Shown here piece after piece: positions 14,912 to 23,249 of a stretch of DNA of 62,535 bases (position 1 is its first letter; every line of letters begins with the position of its first letter). Made by a program: the position numbers and the translations under genes. The notes below the pieces were generated by a model that saw only the letters and a list, made by a program, of their open reading frames with translations, had not been told where the DNA came from and ran no database searches. This DNA is from a virus, in IMG/VR virus record IMGVR_UViG_3300009508_000004; one strand, 5' to 3'.

Positions 14912-15667
14912 ATGAAAAAGTACAACATTCAAAATTACATTCGATATAAAAATGACGTAGAGAAAGTAATATTAAGAAACGAAGGATTAACCTGGGGTGA
15001 AATGTCCAGAGACCAATTGGTAGCTCAGTTCATACCCTTAGTTGAAAACCTTGCGAGAAAATTTAGTACGTCTGATCAAGCTTCAGGTGTATTAAGTATA
15101 AATGATTTGATCCAGGAAGGTAACTACGGTTTGGTCGCCGCAGTTGATAAAATAAATTGGGACACAATACTTGAGTCTGAGGACCCTGAAAAAACGATTA
15201 AGTCATTCCTATCAAAAAGAATTAAAGGCGCGATACGACGCGCTATAGATATAAACCGAGGAGATGTACGTATACCTGAACACAAACTTAATGAGATTCG
15301 AAAGTCACCAGATGATGAACGCATGGTTGCGATGTTCTTCAATAGTGTCTTTTCCAGCATTGATGCCTACAACGCGGACGATGAAAACCCACACTTCCAA
15401 GTTCCTGATACGTCGGAACCTTATAATATTGCTATAATAAACTCTTATCTACTAGGTTTAATGCGCCAGTATTTAACACCCATTCAGTACGATGTTGTAA
15501 GACTTTCATACGGTTTAGACCAAGATAAGATGCCAGCTACGCAAATTGCTGTATATTGCAGCATCAATGTGGCTACGGCCAATGTAAGGATATCACAAAT
15601 AAAGAAGGAAGCAATCGATACACTGATTGAAAACACCGATCCTTCCCAAGTGTTAGACTTTATGTAA
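14912..15667 (+). CDS. Sigma-70 family RNA polymerase sigma factor (251 aa)
   Basis: Region 2: LVENLARKF...INDLIQEGNYGLVAAVDK. Region 4: LTPIQYDVVRLSYGL...TQIAVYCSINVATANVRISQIKKEAIDTL. Confidence 0.85.
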   Translation: MKKYNIQNYIRYKNDVEKVILRNEGLTWGEMSRDQLVAQFIPLVENLARKFSTSDQASGVLSINDLIQEGNYGLVAAVDKINWDTILESEDPEKTIKSFLSKRIKGAIRRAIDINRGDVRIPEHKLNEIRKSPDDERMVAMFFNSVFSSIDAYNADDENPHFQVPDTSEPYNIAIINSYLLGLMRQYLTPIQYDVVRLSYGLDQDKMPATQIAVYCSINVATANVRISQIKKEAIDTLIENTDPSQVLDFM

Positions 15668-15698
15668 CAAGAGTGTAATTTAAAACCTATATACCATT

Positions 15699-16241
15699 AT
15701 GACACTAAATGAAAAACTAGCGACTATTCAAACCCGATTCAAATCGAAAAAATCTCGCTACAACTCGTTCGGTAAGTACAACTTCCGTTCTGCAGAGGAT
15801 ATCCTCGAAGCAACTAAACCTTTCTTATTAGAGTTAGGTGTAACAGTAATCGTCAGCGAACAAATCGTTTCGTCTGATCCATTCCCAATTATGGAATCAT
15901 CTGCTATCATTTCCGACGGCAAGACAAATATCACCGCTACGGCAATGGTTGGTATTGACCTTGATCAAAAGGGTATGCAAATGCCACAGAAGTTCGGTAG
16001 TGCATCATCTTATGGTAAGAAGTATGCATTAGGTAACTTATTCCTTATTGACGATACCCAAGATTCTGATGCAGCGAACACTCACGGTAATAAGCCGGCA
16101 ACTAAAAGTAAGATAGCTAGCTCTAACGATGCTGCTTATACTAAAGCTGTTGACTACATTAAAGGTGGGGGCAAGCTAGAAGCAATCAAGCAGAAGTACG
16201 ATCTTGCACCGAATGTAGAGGTAGCCCTTCAAAAACTATAA
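15699..16241 (+). CDS. erf: Erf-family single-strand annealing protein (180 aa)
   Basis: KSRYNSFGKYNFRSAEDILEATKPFL closely matches the P22 Erf N-terminal signature (NSFGKYKYRS.EDILE). Confidence 0.85.
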   Translation: MTLNEKLATIQTRFKSKKSRYNSFGKYNFRSAEDILEATKPFLLELGVTVIVSEQIVSSDPFPIMESSAIISDGKTNITATAMVGIDLDQKGMQMPQKFGSASSYGKKYALGNLFLIDDTQDSDAANTHGNKPATKSKIASSNDAAYTKAVDYIKGGGKLEAIKQKYDLAPNVEVALQKL

Positions 16242-16242
16242 T

Positions 16243-16974
16243 ATGAGTCATGCTAAAGCAGTAGAGAAACTAAGAGAGGACGAGCACTACTATGGTGAGT
16301 TCGGCAGGAAGTTCTTATCTAATTCAGATATTGGTACTTTATTAAGTAACCCATTAGAATATGGTAAACCTTCTGAAAGAATACCAGCATTTTTAGTTGG
16401 TGGATATTTTCACACCGCAATACTTGAACCTGAAAAGCTTAAGAACTTTAAAATAATTGAAGCTACTACGCGGAATACTAAAAAGTATAAAGAAATAAGT
16501 GGTGGTGAATTATGTTTGCTTCAGCATGAAGCAGACAAGACTGAGGCTTTAGTTGAAACTGTATTAGCAAATGATTATGCACGAGCTTTAATCAGACCTA
16601 TCGATTACGAATACGAGAAGCCAGCGATTGGTGAATTGTTTGGTAGACAATGGAAAGGTAAAGCAGATATTATTAATCATGATGACGGTCTTATAGTAGA
16701 TCTTAAAACAACTGGGGATCTCGATAGATTTAGATGGTCCGCAAAGAAATATAACTATGATAGCCAAGCTTACATATATAGAGAGCTATTTGGTTATGAT
16801 ATGATTTTTCTTGCGGTTGATAAAACTACTAAAAAAATTGGTATCTTTGATTGCTCTGATAAATTCTATGAGGCTGGTAAAGAGAAGGTTGAGCGTGCGG
16901 TTGAAGCGTACAACCTATTTGTAGATGATGAGAATTTCGACCCAACAAACTATTTTATTAACGAAACCTTATAA
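16243..16974 (+). CDS. PD-(D/E)XK (RecB/Cas4-like) exonuclease (243 aa)
   Basis: GKADIINHDDGLIVDLKTTGDL (D...D-x-K) and a downstream QAYIY motif. Adjacent to erf. Confidence 0.65.
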   Translation: MSHAKAVEKLREDEHYYGEFGRKFLSNSDIGTLLSNPLEYGKPSERIPAFLVGGYFHTAILEPEKLKNFKIIEATTRNTKKYKEISGGELCLLQHEADKTEALVETVLANDYARALIRPIDYEYEKPAIGELFGRQWKGKADIINHDDGLIVDLKTTGDLDRFRWSAKKYNYDSQAYIYRELFGYDMIFLAVDKTTKKIGIFDCSDKFYEAGKEKVERAVEAYNLFVDDENFDPTNYFINETL

Positions 16975-16984
16975 ATTATATACT

Positions 16985-17308
16985 ATGGCTTCAATTATCA
17001 AAACGTCAATCAACCTAGACAGCATTGACAAAACAAAAATCATCAACGGTAAGAAAGGTAAATACTTACCAATCGTAATTACCCTTAATGATGAAGTAGA
17101 CCAATTCGGTAACCAAGGACCAGTAATTCTTGAGCAATCTAAAGAAGAGCGCGAAGCAAAAGCAGCGAAGATCTATTTAGGCAATGTAAAAGTTGTATGG
17201 TCTAACGGTCAAAACGTAGATGCAGCACCACGTGAAGGACAACAAGGAGGATGGGCACCAGGCCCTCAAGCACCAGCGCCAGCAGCAGTAGACGACCTAC
17301 CGTTTTAA
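16985..17308 (+). CDS. Single-stranded DNA-binding protein candidate (107 aa)
   Basis: ATG at 16985 (MASIIKTSINL...). Gly/Pro/Gln-rich linker ending in the acidic tip DDLPF, as in bacterial SSB tails (DDDIPF). Lies between the recombination and replication genes. Confidence 0.6.
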   Translation: MASIIKTSINLDSIDKTKIINGKKGKYLPIVITLNDEVDQFGNQGPVILEQSKEEREAKAAKIYLGNVKVVWSNGQNVDAAPREGQQGGWAPGPQAPAPAAVDDLPF

Positions 17309-17356
17309 AACTGTGTATAGCAGTATAAATTATTAATAACTTACAATTCGCATTTA

Positions 17357-19069
17357 ATGCAGACAACAGAGATCAATGGATTTGAGATTGATAAATTCAA
17401 TCAACATGGCCTTGAAGAGGGAAAGTCACAAGGCATATGTCCACTGTGTTCTCACGATAGGAAACCCAAAAATCAGAAGGACCAATGTGCTTCATACGAT
17501 TGGGAACGGGGTCTTGGTACTTGTCATAATTGTAATAAAACTTTTCAGCTCCATACTTTTAATCGTAAGGGTAAAGCCGAGAAAGTATATGTTAAACCTA
17601 CACAACCAGAAGAGCAAGCTGCCGTCAACGATAAAGTTGCCGAGTGGTTTGCTTCTCGAGGTATATCAAGGTCTACATTATACGAAGTCGGAGTAACTGA
17701 CGGTGATGAGTTTATGCCCCAAACTGGGAAATTAGAGCACACAATTCAATTTAATTATTTTGTTGGTGACCAACTCGTAAACGTAAAGTATCGAGACGGT
17801 CGCAAAAATTTTAAGCTCTTTAAGGGTGCTGAAAAGGTATTCTACAATATTAATAGTATAGTAGGATATGAGTACTGCGTAATCGTTGAGGGCGAGATGG
17901 ACGTGTTAGCGCTGCATGAAGCAGGTGTTACAAATGCTGTCTCTGTCCCCAACGGCGCAACACTTAATACAAACAATCTTGAGTACTTAGATAATACAAT
18001 TGATTACTTCTTAGATCAAGAAAAAATTATTATAGCTGTAGATTCTGATGAAGCTGGCCAAGCTCTACAGCAGGAACTTATTAGAAGACTTGGTACAGAA
18101 GTATGTTACATCGCCACTTTCGACGATTGTAAAGACGCAAACGAATATCTTGTTAAATATGGCAAAGAAAAACTTGTTAGTAGAATTACCGCTGCTACCC
18201 CAGTCCCCCTTGAAAACGTTACAACCTTCCGAGATATTGAAGGAGATGTCACAGATTTTGTTCGGAATGGATTTAAACCAGGTTATCAAATTGGTCTTCG
18301 CGAGTTTGATAGCATCTTTAGCACTTACACTGGTCAGTTTATTACTGTTACTGGTATCCCCAGTTCTGGCAAGTCTGATTTCGTAGATCAAATGTGTGTA
18401 GGCTACAACCAATTATATGGTTGGAAAACTGCATATGCCTCTCCTGAAAATCAACCTACTTTTTTACATGCCCACAAACTTATGCGTAAGATTTGGGGTG
18501 GCATGCCAAGTGAAGCTGATATAAACACTGAAAAGTGGAATCAAATCGCTGATCTCTGCAATAGTAGCTTTTATCATATTGATATGGAAAAGTATGCGCT
18601 TGAGCATGTTTTAAAGAAAGGTGCTGAGTTAGTAAAGCGTAAAGGTATAAAGTGTTTAGTAATAGACCCTTACAATAAAGTACGTTCTACTAAGCCATCA
18701 ACCGACGTTAATCAATACACGCTTGATTACTTAGAACAAATAGACATCTTTGCTAAGAAGTACGATGTACTAGTTATAGTTGTTGCTCACCCTACTAAAA
18801 TGTATAAAGATGGTAATGGCAAGATTGAAGAGCCAACCATGTATAATATTAAAGGTGGTGGGGAATGGTACGACGCTTCGTATCACGGACTGCTTGTTCA
18901 TAGAGATTACGATGCTCGAACTGTTAAAGTAAAAGTGCTTAAGGTTAAGTTCCAAAACTTAGGCGAGAATGGTGCTGAGGCTCATTTTAAATGGCAGTCG
19001 GACAGTGGTGGCTATAAAGCTATTGAAAACCCTACTAGCTTTGCTAGTGATAAAATGCCGTGGGAATAA
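17357..19069 (+). CDS. Bifunctional primase-helicase, T7 gp4-like (570 aa)
   Basis: Zn ribbon CPLCSH...CHNC. TOPRIM VIVEGEMDVLALHEAG...AVDSDEAGQ. Walker A TGIPSSGKS. Walker B LVIDPYN. Confidence 0.9.
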   Translation: MQTTEINGFEIDKFNQHGLEEGKSQGICPLCSHDRKPKNQKDQCASYDWERGLGTCHNCNKTFQLHTFNRKGKAEKVYVKPTQPEEQAAVNDKVAEWFASRGISRSTLYEVGVTDGDEFMPQTGKLEHTIQFNYFVGDQLVNVKYRDGRKNFKLFKGAEKVFYNINSIVGYEYCVIVEGEMDVLALHEAGVTNAVSVPNGATLNTNNLEYLDNTIDYFLDQEKIIIAVDSDEAGQALQQELIRRLGTEVCYIATFDDCKDANEYLVKYGKEKLVSRITAATPVPLENVTTFRDIEGDVTDFVRNGFKPGYQIGLREFDSIFSTYTGQFITVTGIPSSGKSDFVDQMCVGYNQLYGWKTAYASPENQPTFLHAHKLMRKIWGGMPSEADINTEKWNQIADLCNSSFYHIDMEKYALEHVLKKGAELVKRKGIKCLVIDPYNKVRSTKPSTDVNQYTLDYLEQIDIFAKKYDVLVIVVAHPTKMYKDGNGKIEEPTMYNIKGGGEWYDASYHGLLVHRDYDARTVKVKVLKVKFQNLGENGAEAHFKWQSDSGGYKAIENPTSFASDKMPWE

Positions 19070-19353
19070 TGGGTAGCGGTACAAAAAGTAAAAAGTCTAA
19101 GAAAACCAATTGGGGCAGCTATTACAGATCAGAGTACGAATACCAAGCAATGGTATGGTGCTTAAAGAATGACATTCGAATTGGGTTATTAGCAGCTGAG
19201 ACGGGCGAGGGACCTAAGAAATTCTTTGTAGAAATAGAGATTGGCAAAAAGAAAAGTAGAGACCCTAGTAAGTATTTAGCAGAGGACGCACGAAAACAAG
19301 TTTATAAATACTATATTTATTATTATGAAAAACATAGAAACGCAGTATCGTAG
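19060..19353 (+). CDS. Hypothetical basic protein (97 aa)
   Basis: Track ORF. Confidence 0.5.
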   Translation: MGIMGSGTKSKKSKKTNWGSYYRSEYEYQAMVWCLKNDIRIGLLAAETGEGPKKFFVEIEIGKKKSRDPSKYLAEDARKQVYKYYIYYYEKHRNAVS

Positions 19354-20155
19354 TTTAATCAAAGAACTATTAGACGCACCCTACAAACCTGATCGAACAG
19401 GTACAGGTACTTATTCTCTTTTCGGCAAAACGCTAGAACATGATATGTCAGCGGGTTTCCCGCTTTTATTATCTAAAAAGGTTTCGTTTAAAGCTGCGAA
19501 GTTTGAGCTGCTGTGGATTTTGCAGGGCCGTACAGATATACAATACTTAAGAGATAACGGAATTAACTATTGGGATCCTGATTATAAACGCTCGGGACGT
19601 ACAGATGGAACGCTTGGTCCTGTGTACGGTAAGCAATGGCGCGATTTTAACGGCGTTGACCAGCTCCAAAGATTAATTATAGGTATAATGACTAAGCCGG
19701 AATCTAGACGCCTTATAGTCAATGCATGGAACCCGTCTGAATTACACCATATGGCGTTGCCTCCTTGCCATTATGGCTTTCAAGTTTATATAAACAATAA
19801 CCAGCTTGATCTAATGTGGCAACAGCGTTCGGCGGACGTGTTTTTAGGTTTGCCTTATGATATAGCCATGTACGGTTTATTACTAGAGCTACTTGCTAAA
19901 GGTGCAGGCTACAAGCCGGGTAGATTAATAGCTCAATTAGGTGATTGTCATTTGTATTCAAACCATATAGAACAGTCTAAAGAATTGCTTAGCAGACAAT
20001 TAGGTGGTAAGTTACTTCCTGTATTAGACTTAGCTGGTTTAGGCTTAACAATTGGATATGATAAAGATGTGGTTGTGCCTCATGAATGGGAAATAGAGCT
20101 TAAGTATTATGACCCGATGCCAGCGATAAAAGCACCTTTAAGTGTAGGCATGTAA
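19325..20155 (+). CDS. thyA: Thymidylate synthase (276 aa)
   Basis: DRTGTGT.S.FG, GPVYGKQWR, NAWNP..L..MALPPCH, QRSADVFLGLPYDIA. Confidence 0.95.
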   Translation: MKNIETQYRSLIKELLDAPYKPDRTGTGTYSLFGKTLEHDMSAGFPLLLSKKVSFKAAKFELLWILQGRTDIQYLRDNGINYWDPDYKRSGRTDGTLGPVYGKQWRDFNGVDQLQRLIIGIMTKPESRRLIVNAWNPSELHHMALPPCHYGFQVYINNNQLDLMWQQRSADVFLGLPYDIAMYGLLLELLAKGAGYKPGRLIAQLGDCHLYSNHIEQSKELLSRQLGGKLLPVLDLAGLGLTIGYDKDVVVPHEWEIELKYYDPMPAIKAPLSVGM

Positions 20156-20970
20156 TGAAGTATTTTATTTATCACATTCCAGGTAAAAAGATTGGCGTAA
20201 CGCGTAATCTTGATAAGAGAGTTACTCAGCAACAAGGTTATGCTGAAGAAGAATATGAGGTTCTATTTGCAGGTGATGATATCGATCAGGTATCAAAATT
20301 AGAAATAGAACTTCAAAAGTCTTATGGCTACCCGGTAGACCGTATTGAGTACAAGAATTTATTTAAATCTAATATTATGAAAATCAATGTAACTGATCAG
20401 ACTACTACATTCCCTGTGCATATTTTGCAGCTAAAGGAATATCTTGGCAACGTAATGGGCGTATCATGGGTAACTCCTCAAGGTGATCGCTTTACGTTAA
20501 GTGGTCGTAACGCAGAGTGGATACTAAACAATGCGATGAAAAGCATGTACACTGAAGACCGATGCTACATTTATAATGAAGCCTTCAAGAAGTACGAGCA
20601 GGGTATGTTTGCTAAAGTTGAACCCGAAGAAGAAGACATTGCTAAATTTGAGTTGATACGCAAATGGGCAGGAGACCGCGGCATTTATGAAAGTGGCGAT
20701 AAGAAAACTCAATATGTTAAGCTTATGGAAGAAAGTGGTGAGCTTGCTCAAGCTATCTTAAAGAATGACGAAGTTGAGTTTGTTGATGCTATTGGCGATA
20801 TGGTTGTTGTACTTACAAACCTCGCACATCTTGGCGGCTATAAAATTGAAGAATGTATTGATGCTGCTTATACTCAGATAGCTAATCGTAAAGGCAAAAT
20901 GGAAAACGGCACGTTCGTTAAAGAAGAAGCCTTCTCTAATTACCTTAAGTCTAAGACTGAAACACTATGA
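20155..20970 (+). CDS. Fusion protein: minimal GIY-YIG-like N-terminus plus MazG-like NTP pyrophosphohydrolase C-terminus (271 aa)
   Basis: N-terminus: YFIYHIPGKKIGVTRNLDKR. C-terminus: LMEESGELAQAI...FVDAIGDMVVVL (EExGE...D..GD). Confidence 0.65.
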   Translation: MKYFIYHIPGKKIGVTRNLDKRVTQQQGYAEEEYEVLFAGDDIDQVSKLEIELQKSYGYPVDRIEYKNLFKSNIMKINVTDQTTTFPVHILQLKEYLGNVMGVSWVTPQGDRFTLSGRNAEWILNNAMKSMYTEDRCYIYNEAFKKYEQGMFAKVEPEEEDIAKFELIRKWAGDRGIYESGDKKTQYVKLMEESGELAQAILKNDEVEFVDAIGDMVVVLTNLAHLGGYKIEECIDAAYTQIANRKGKMENGTFVKEEAFSNYLKSKTETL

Positions 20971-21191
20971 AACAAAAAACAATTGCCTTCCGCGATCCAG
21001 TAGTTGAACGCGTAGTAGATAAGTTTGTTGGTCGTTCAGACGTAGGTTATAAAAAGTACGGCGTTACATTAGAAGAAGATCCAAGTGAAATGCTTGCTTG
21101 GCTTAATCACTTACAAGAAGAACTTATGGACGCTGTGCTGTATTTGCAAAAAGCAAAAGAAAAGTATGAAGCACCAAGCTCCGAGGAGTAA
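20967..21191 (+). CDS. Small all-alpha NTP-pyrophosphohydrolase-like protein (74 aa)
   Basis: GYKKYG......WLNHLQEELMDAVLYL resembles the N-terminal dATP/dGTP diphosphohydrolase/MazG-like motif. Weak. Confidence 0.35.
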   Translation: MKQKTIAFRDPVVERVVDKFVGRSDVGYKKYGVTLEEDPSEMLAWLNHLQEELMDAVLYLQKAKEKYEAPSSEE

Positions 21192-21192
21192 T

Positions 21193-21663
21193 ATGAAAAA
21201 AAAATACAGCAGAAAGAAAGGACCCGTAAGAGCAAAAAAAGTATCATATGATGGTATCAACTTTGCATCAGGGCTAGAGAAGTATATGTATATGGCTTTA
21301 AGAAAAGCTAAAATAGCTGCACTATATGAAGGAGAAACATTTGAACTACAACAGTCTTTTGAATTCCCATTTGAAAGTTTCGAGCGGACGGGGAATGGTA
21401 AAGGCGAATTTATTAATAGAGGAAATAAAAAAATCCTCAACATTAAATACACGCCGGACTTTGTAGGCAAGCACTTTATTATTGAAACTAAAGGTAGAGC
21501 TAACGAATCATTTCCGATGCGCTGGAAGTTGTTTAAGAAGTACATAGCTGAGAATAAGCTTGAACCCTTCACATTGTATAAACCTCAAAATCAGAAAGAA
21601 TGCGACATGGTAGTGGAGTTAATTCTAGAGCGCCAAAAGAAAACGCTCGGAAGCAATACATAG
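21193..21663 (+). CDS. T7 endonuclease I-like Holliday junction resolvase (156 aa)
   Basis: ATG at 21193. FASGLEKYMYMALRKAKIAALYE... and KYTPDFVGKHFIIETKG parallel T7 gp3 FRSGLEDKV...YTPDFLLPNGIFVETKG. Confidence 0.75.
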   Translation: MKKKYSRKKGPVRAKKVSYDGINFASGLEKYMYMALRKAKIAALYEGETFELQQSFEFPFESFERTGNGKGEFINRGNKKILNIKYTPDFVGKHFIIETKGRANESFPMRWKLFKKYIAENKLEPFTLYKPQNQKECDMVVELILERQKKTLGSNT

Positions 21664-21759
21664 ATAGGCAGATAGACAAGTGGGTACAGTGGTCGTGGCG
21701 CCAACGCGGACGAGTTAAGTACAAAGAACTGATTTTAGAAATTGAAAGAATTAAAGAGC

Positions 21760-21921
21760 ATGCAGGAAAACGAAAATGAAGATCTCAGCGGCCAATGGGC
21801 TATATCGTTAGGCTTCTATCCAGGAGTCTTAATAGGTATGCGTAGTTATCACAATGATGATATTACCTCGCATGTATTCTACCTACCCTTTTTTGATATC
21901 GCAATACAAATATATAAATAA
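21760..21921 (+). CDS. Possible small protein (53 aa)
   Basis: Below the track cutoff: MQENENEDLSGQWAISLGFYPGVLIGMRSYHNDDITSHVFYLPFFDIAIQIYK. Confidence 0.3.
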   Translation: MQENENEDLSGQWAISLGFYPGVLIGMRSYHNDDITSHVFYLPFFDIAIQIYK

Positions 21922-21929
21922 CAAACACT

Positions 21930-22052
21930 ATGAAAAACGATTTTGACGTGTCAGATAGCTTCGCTGACTTTGTTGATGAACTTACAACGGATGATAAGAA
22001 TGATAATGCATGCAGTATTGATAATCCTGAATGCGAAGGATGTGGTAGCTAA
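21930..22052 (+). CDS. Possible small acidic Cys-tail protein (40 aa)
   Basis: MKNDFDVSDSFADFVDELTTDDKNDNACSIDNPECEGCGS. TAATG coupling to the next ORF. Confidence 0.35.
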   Translation: MKNDFDVSDSFADFVDELTTDDKNDNACSIDNPECEGCGS

Positions 22053-22261
22053 TGTGTGCGGTACATGGAAGAATGTGTGATGCCTGCAAGAAAAAACTAA
22101 TCGACGAAAAGTTACAGGAATGCGCATCTATATTTACTAATCTAGGTATAGAATCTACTGGTGAAGAGCGACGCGACGCTTACGCTAAAGAACAAGAATT
22201 GCTTTATGAGATTAGAGCAATAGATAAAGAAAAAGGTGATAGGCTTTTGAATATCATGTAA
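22052..22261 (+). CDS. Hypothetical protein (69 aa), last gene of the plus arm
   Basis: Track ORF, CxxxxxCDAC N-terminus. Confidence 0.55.
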   Translation: MCAVHGRMCDACKKKLIDEKLQECASIFTNLGIESTGEERRDAYAKEQELLYEIRAIDKEKGDRLLNIM

Positions 22262-22269
22262 ATAATAAA

Positions 22270-22298
22270 GGGGACCCGTTACTGGATCCCCTTTTTTT
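22270..22298. terminator. Bidirectional intrinsic terminator at the convergence point of the two arms
   Basis: ggggacc-cgttact-gg(a)tcccc stem followed by T7 on the plus strand. The complementary strand has a hairpin plus tttattatt. It sits between the convergent genes 22052..22261 (+) and 22316..22651 (-). Confidence 0.75.
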
Positions 22299-22315
22299 AT
22301 TTGTTTATTAAAATT

Positions 22316-22651
22316 TTATGCCGGATAATTTTCACCTAGCTTGCGACTCTTGCTACTAGCTATTGACCCTTTAGTAGAAAAAGTGCTACCGCCTTTTTTC
22401 ATATCCTTAGCTTCTTGCAAAGCCGCTTTAGTTTGTGGATTGCGATTTGCTTGATAATCCGAACGCGCTGCATTTAGGGTTTCGTTTAAAGCTCTTGTGT
22501 TTTTAGTATCTTGAGCCACACCTTTTTTATGCTTTGATTTAATACTATCGCCAGTTGGGTTTTCTGTTTGCTTCGCTGGCGATTTAGCCCCGTACATTTT
22601 CGCAGGTAATTTAGATGCTCCTAAGCCATGCGGCCCAATTCCTTTTTTCAT
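22316..22651 (-). CDS. Small basic protein, GIGPxxLG / SPAKQ N-terminus (111 aa)
   Basis: I place the start at ATG 22651..22649 (MKKGIGPHGLGASKLPAKMYGAKSPAKQ...). The longer track start at 22684 is an alternative codon and overlaps the upstream ORF. Confidence 0.55.
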   Translation of the reverse strand: MKKGIGPHGLGASKLPAKMYGAKSPAKQTENPTGDSIKSKHKKGVAQDTKNTRALNETLNAARSDYQANRNPQTKAALQEAKDMKKGGSTFSTKGSIASSKSRKLGENYPA

Positions 22652-22662
22652 AATTTCTTTTT

Positions 22663-22797
22663 TTATTTCTTTTTTGGTACACAATTAGGAACTTTTTTAC
22701 CGCCCTTATTTTTCATACCAATAGCTTCATATCCGGTCCAGCATGCTTTCTTAAGCTTTAGTGGACTGCCTAGCCGCTGAGGTCCGCAGCCAGCCAT
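22663..22797 (-). CDS. Small basic Cys-containing protein (44 aa) with GCGPxxLGSPLK N-terminus
   Basis: Below the track cutoff: MAGCGPQRLGSPLKLKKACWTGYEAIGMKNKGGKKVPNCVPKKK. TAATG coupling with the upstream gene. Confidence 0.5.
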   Translation of the reverse strand: MAGCGPQRLGSPLKLKKACWTGYEAIGMKNKGGKKVPNCVPKKK

Positions 22798-23237
22798 TAC
22801 TTTTTGTATTTTTTAGCTGGTGATTTAATACTTGCTTTTTTCTTATTAAGTTTCACCGGTTTTTCAGTCTCGCGACTAATATGGTAAACTCCTGTATCAT
22901 TACCTCTTTGTATTGTACCTTGTTTTTCGTGTTTTGAGCTGAAACCTTCATTGTAGTAATGTGCCCCGAGATTTGTGGTCATCGCCCCTAGGTTATAGTT
23001 TGTACCTCCAAAGCTTACACTTTTAGGAATATCCCTAGCACCCTTAACTTCTTTTAATGGTTTACCACCAACAGTTCCTTGGGAATTAGTTGCAGATACC
23101 GTTTGTTTAGCTGGTGATTCTGGTGTAGCTTTAATTGCATCTTGCAAAGCCTGTGGTAATTTTCCTTGATTGCCCTTTAATGCTTTAGCTAAAGGAGATT
23201 TTGTTGCCATTTTAAACGGCGATTTGTTATAACTCAT
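22797..23237 (-). CDS. Basic protein with repeated SP(F/L/A)K boxes (146 aa)
   Basis: MSYNKSPFKMATKSPLAKALKG...ESPAKQ...IKSPAKKYKK. Confidence 0.6.
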   Translation of the reverse strand: MSYNKSPFKMATKSPLAKALKGNQGKLPQALQDAIKATPESPAKQTVSATNSQGTVGGKPLKEVKGARDIPKSVSFGGTNYNLGAMTTNLGAHYYNEGFSSKHEKQGTIQRGNDTGVYHISRETEKPVKLNKKKASIKSPAKKYKK

Positions 23238-23249
23238 TTTATCTTCTTT

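Noticed and set aside
14809-14949. 46-aa ORF (MTKLTNFDKWMRHINNVHYANNERMTAAYDILTDNEKVQHSKLHSI) between the HTH gene and the sigma gene; also 21600..21779 (59 aa) overlapping the resolvase 3' end
   Set aside because: They are plausible through ATGA coupling, but each overlaps the start or end of a confident neighbour by 38-64 nt and has no motif support. The evidence is too weak to list them as features.
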